Positions 21,397-24,080 of a stretch of DNA of 24,080 nucleotides are shown piece by piece. This DNA is from a virus (lineage: Duplodnaviria > Heunggongvirae > Uroviricota > Caudoviricetes): the IMG/VR virus record IMGVR_UViG_3300028025_004880, one strand, 5' to 3'. Numbering within the stretch: the first letter of the stretch is position 1; each line of letters starts with the position of its first letter. Below the pieces are notes generated by a model. That model was not told the origin of the DNA. It searched no databases and saw nothing but the letters and a program-made list of their open reading frames with translations. The position numbers were made by a program, and so were the translations under genes.

Positions 21397-23848
21397 AGTA
21401 AACGTATTTCGATTCAACCATATTATAGAAGGAAGAATCTTGATTACGTATAGGTGGTTTTATTGCAGTAGTTGTTCTTTGTTGAACATTCGTTTGATTC
21501 ACTGTGCTTGCTGTATTAATCTGCGGTGCGCCTTGAGATTCTTTCGCTGCTGCTACATCTTTAGAAGAAGAATCAACAGCCTTTGATGATGTAGGCGCAT
21601 TTGCGGGTTTTACAGCACCCTCATCAAATCCCTTTTTACCTGATGCTAATGCGTCAGCTTCCATCTTTTTATTTGCTGCGTCGAATTCAGGTTTTTGTTT
21701 TGCATATTGCGCTTCAACTTCTGCTGGGTATGGATATTTGTTATCTTTATCCATCATTTTTTTCATACTGATCGCACGCATTTGTTTATCAGATAATGGA
21801 CTTCCTGCAACAAAATCATCTCCAGCAATCTTTAATTTTTCAGTTTTGGTTGTAACAGAACCACCAGCTGGTTTCGCTGCATCTGCTTTTGGTGATGATG
21901 CTGTTGCGGTAGCAGATGCTGCTTGCGCTGCCTCTGCCTTTGGTGTTGCGGTAGCAGCTGCTGCTTGCTCTTTACCTTTACCTTCTGATTGTTTTTTCTT
22001 ACCTTTGTTTTGGCGATCAGATATCTCTCTCATCTTCGCTTTATATTCTGGCGACTCAATTTTCTTTGCGATGGCTGTAAATTTTTTCGCAGCATCTTCC
22101 ATTGCTGCAGCATCACCAGCCGATTCGGCTTTACCAAATGCAGCCCAGTGTTTATTTGCTTCATCTATATCTTCTTTTTTACCAGAAAGATTATATCCCG
22201 ATTCGTAGCCAGCAATAGTTTGACCACCAATTTTTTCTTGTTGAACCCTTGCGCGAGCAAATGTTACTTCTGCTTCTTTCGGTGCTGTTTGTGTATTAGG
22301 TGCATTTGCTAATGTTTCTGTTTTGGCAGCAGCACCTGACTTGTCAGGATTAGGACCACTAAATGCATTTACAATTTTACCACCAGTCTCACCCAAGAAA
22401 CTTCCTGCTTTACCACCAAGGAAAGAACCACCAAGACCACCAACTGCTGCACCAATTAATCCACCAACAGCAGTTCCAAGCACAGGAACAACTGAGCCAA
22501 TAGCAGCTCCAACTGCTGCGCCTTTAAGCGCACCAACTGTTCCACCAACTGCTTGTCCCGTACCTTCACCAATCGCACCACCTTTTTCTACTGTTGCTTG
22601 TTCGGCAGTTATTTCGCCCTTTGCTAACTTTTCATTTGCGCCAGTAAAACCTGAATATGCAGTATAAGCGCCAGCGCCAATTGATGCTATGGCAGCAGCT
22701 GGACCAGCAAATTTACTGGCACCTTGTAGTAGACTTCCTGCTTTAGATGCTATGCCACCGATTTTACCTGCTTTACCTGCTTTATTACCCAACAAATCCA
22801 TAGCACTACTTGCTACATCACCTATACTACTTCCGCTACCACCTGCTTTAACCGCAGCCAATAGTTCTGCGTCAGCTTTTGCAATTCTTTCTTTTTCTTC
22901 ACGCCACTCTTCCAAATAAATTGGGAACGCACCTGTATTTTCTCTCATGCCAGCCATCAAATCATTTTGCTGAACCATTAAACGATTATTTTCTAGAGTA
23001 GTTTCTTTGTCGCTACCAAATCCTCCACCCGAACCACCTGACGATGGGAATGGAATTACATTTGATGACGATTGTGTTGCAGCTGGACCAGCAACTGATG
23101 CAGCCATTCCATCAAGAACACCCTTTACTTCTTGTTTTCTAAATTTGTCTACAGACAATTCTTCAGCTTGGGCTGTTTCTAATGCTTTCTTTTGTCGTTT
23201 ACCACCAATTGATTTACCTAATTCTTCTTCGCTTATGCCACTGGCCATTAGCGAGTCCATCTTATATTTTTCAGCTTGTGTTTTTGCCTGCGCAGGCGCA
23301 AACTTTTCTTCGTGTTGTTTAATGTAGTATTGTCTTACCTTCTCATCATCCCCACCGAATTGTTTTAAATTCTTCATCTGAGGATTCATCTTCATCAATG
23401 TGTCGGCACGTTTTAATTTATCTTCACGTCTGCCAGCAAGATTACCAAAGAAACTATCATCCTTCATTCCAAATACAGTTTTGCCTAAACCACGCACACT
23501 CCCCAATTTATACTTTAACGAATCTTGATCGAAGGGGTCTCTTTTTCCATCAGATCCTTTTCGTCCTAGCAGTCCATCTTTAAATTGATCTTTTACTGTT
23601 CTCTGATCAAATGTGCCACCTTGCTTATAGTTTACTTCACCTGCTCCACTAGATTTAATCGCACCACCACGAACAGCTAATGCTAATTTTTCCAAATTGG
23701 TCGATAGTTTTTCACTAGTCTTAACCAATTTCTCATTCACATCAAGCGACTTCTTTTCCATGTCTTTTGACTGTTGGTCAACTTGAGATGTGGCTGATGA
23801 TGAGTCACGATATTGACTCATTGGAATAATTTTTGCTAGTTTTGCCAT
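21395..23848 (-). CDS. Tape-measure/baseplate-hub-like structural protein (gp29-type position), 817 aa
   Basis: Directly downstream of the gp26/gp51-like genes. It has charged helical segments, a Gly/Ala zipper (GGAIGEGTGQAVGGTVGALKGAAVGAAIG...) and a Thr/Asn-rich C-terminus. Confidence 0.65.
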   Translation of the reverse strand: MAKLAKIIPMSQYRDSSSATSQVDQQSKDMEKKSLDVNEKLVKTSEKLSTNLEKLALAVRGGAIKSSGAGEVNYKQGGTFDQRTVKDQFKDGLLGRKGSDGKRDPFDQDSLKYKLGSVRGLGKTVFGMKDDSFFGNLAGRREDKLKRADTLMKMNPQMKNLKQFGGDDEKVRQYYIKQHEEKFAPAQAKTQAEKYKMDSLMASGISEEELGKSIGGKRQKKALETAQAEELSVDKFRKQEVKGVLDGMAASVAGPAATQSSSNVIPFPSSGGSGGGFGSDKETTLENNRLMVQQNDLMAGMRENTGAFPIYLEEWREEKERIAKADAELLAAVKAGGSGSSIGDVASSAMDLLGNKAGKAGKIGGIASKAGSLLQGASKFAGPAAAIASIGAGAYTAYSGFTGANEKLAKGEITAEQATVEKGGAIGEGTGQAVGGTVGALKGAAVGAAIGSVVPVLGTAVGGLIGAAVGGLGGSFLGGKAGSFLGETGGKIVNAFSGPNPDKSGAAAKTETLANAPNTQTAPKEAEVTFARARVQQEKIGGQTIAGYESGYNLSGKKEDIDEANKHWAAFGKAESAGDAAAMEDAAKKFTAIAKKIESPEYKAKMREISDRQNKGKKKQSEGKGKEQAAAATATPKAEAAQAASATATASSPKADAAKPAGGSVTTKTEKLKIAGDDFVAGSPLSDKQMRAISMKKMMDKDNKYPYPAEVEAQYAKQKPEFDAANKKMEADALASGKKGFDEGAVKPANAPTSSKAVDSSSKDVAAAKESQGAPQINTASTVNQTNVQQRTTTAIKPPIRNQDSSFYNMVESKYVY

Positions 23849-24031
23849 TTATCTTTTACTCGCTAATCTTTGTTTTTCTTCTTCTAGGTATTGAAGCAAC
23901 ATCGTAACATATATGTCTCTCTCAAATGGAATCATATTTTCAATCTCAGCCAAGGAATACTTATGATATTGCATGAGAGAAAAGTTCATTTTATAAAAGT
24001 TTCCCAAATCCTCATGACTGAGATTAATTAA
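23849..24031 (-). CDS. 51: gp51-like baseplate hub assembly / tail chaperone C-terminal frame (not in the track)
   Basis: LINLSHEDLGNFYKMNFSLMQYHKYSLAEIENMIPFERDIYVTMLLQYLEEEKQRLASKR*. The first ATG is at 23989, but the frame is open back through the poly-T of gp26. Confidence 0.8.
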   Translation of the reverse strand, partial: LINLSHEDLGNFYKMNFSLMQYHKYSLAEIENMIPFERDIYVTMLLQYLEEEKQRLASKR

Positions 24032-24052
24032 AAAAAACTTTCAACACCCTCC
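24028..24052 (-). promoter_or_regulatory. Putative -1 programmed ribosomal frameshift signal
   Basis: Minus strand GGAGG (24052-24048), 10 nt, T TTT TTT (24037-24031), TAA. A -1 slip enters the gp51-like frame. Confidence 0.6.
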
Positions 24053-24080
24053 AAGGTTCTATTGTTTTCTTTTTCACAAA
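24028..24080 (-). CDS. 26: 3' end of a gp26-like baseplate hub subunit gene (partial, ...CEKENNRTLEGVESFF*)
   Basis: The C-terminal C...N..TLEG..SFF* signature and the position upstream of gp51 match T4-like gp26. Confidence 0.75.
   Translation of the reverse strand, partial: CEKENNRTLEGVESFF

Noticed and set aside
21738-23583. Plus-strand ORFs 21738..22208, 21989..22312, 22323..22667, 22689..22919, 23007..23327, 23398..23583
   Set aside because: These are antisense shadows of the Ala/Gly-rich minus-strand gene, with no SD or promoter, and they lie beyond a strong terminator.
1-24080. Stop-codon reassignment, introns, inteins or homing endonucleases
   Set aside because: Recognisable genes are full length in the standard code and end in TAA, TGA or TAG. 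No LAGLIDADG, HNH or GIY-YIG motif or split gene was seen.

Overview
A 24 kb segment of a T4-like myovirus genome (about 39% GC by eye, standard genetic code, no integrase or CRISPR). The host may be a betaproteobacterium, inferred only from the permuted tmRNA and its tag. Bases 1-21346 are almost all on the + strand, in this order: (i) an early accessory block with an AdoMetDC/SpeD-like decarboxylase, an amidinotransferase and three tandem Asp/Asn beta-hydroxylase-type 2OG-Fe(II) oxygenases; (ii) phosphatases and nucleotide hydrolases, an SGNH hydrolase, a DenV-like glycosylase, PhoH, a GH19 endolysin and a PD-(D/E)XK exonuclease; (iii) a PlcP/LpxH2-like metallophosphoesterase plus a GT2 glycosyltransferase; (iv) a circularly permuted two-piece tmRNA (tag ANDELFAIAA), a B12-type radical SAM enzyme, a SleB-like hydrolase and ClpP; (v) early hypothetical genes and the T4 core genes 33, 59 and 32. 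Bases 21395-24080 are on the - strand: a tape-measure/baseplate-hub-like gene, a gp51-like frame and the end of a gp26-like gene. The most notable observations are: an apparent -1 programmed frameshift (U UUU UUU with an internal Shine-Dalgarno 10 nt upstream) joining gp26 to gp51, like lambda G/GT; the two-piece tmRNA; a possible phage lipid-remodelling pair; a possible amine/guanidino tailoring pathway whose enzymes have altered catalytic residues; five sigma70 promoters with an in-frame ATG exactly 6 nt after TATAAT; a 3-copy 21-bp operator-like palindrome; and an H-type pseudoknot at the 5' end of a late transcript. All family assignments were made by eye from motifs; no database searches were run.
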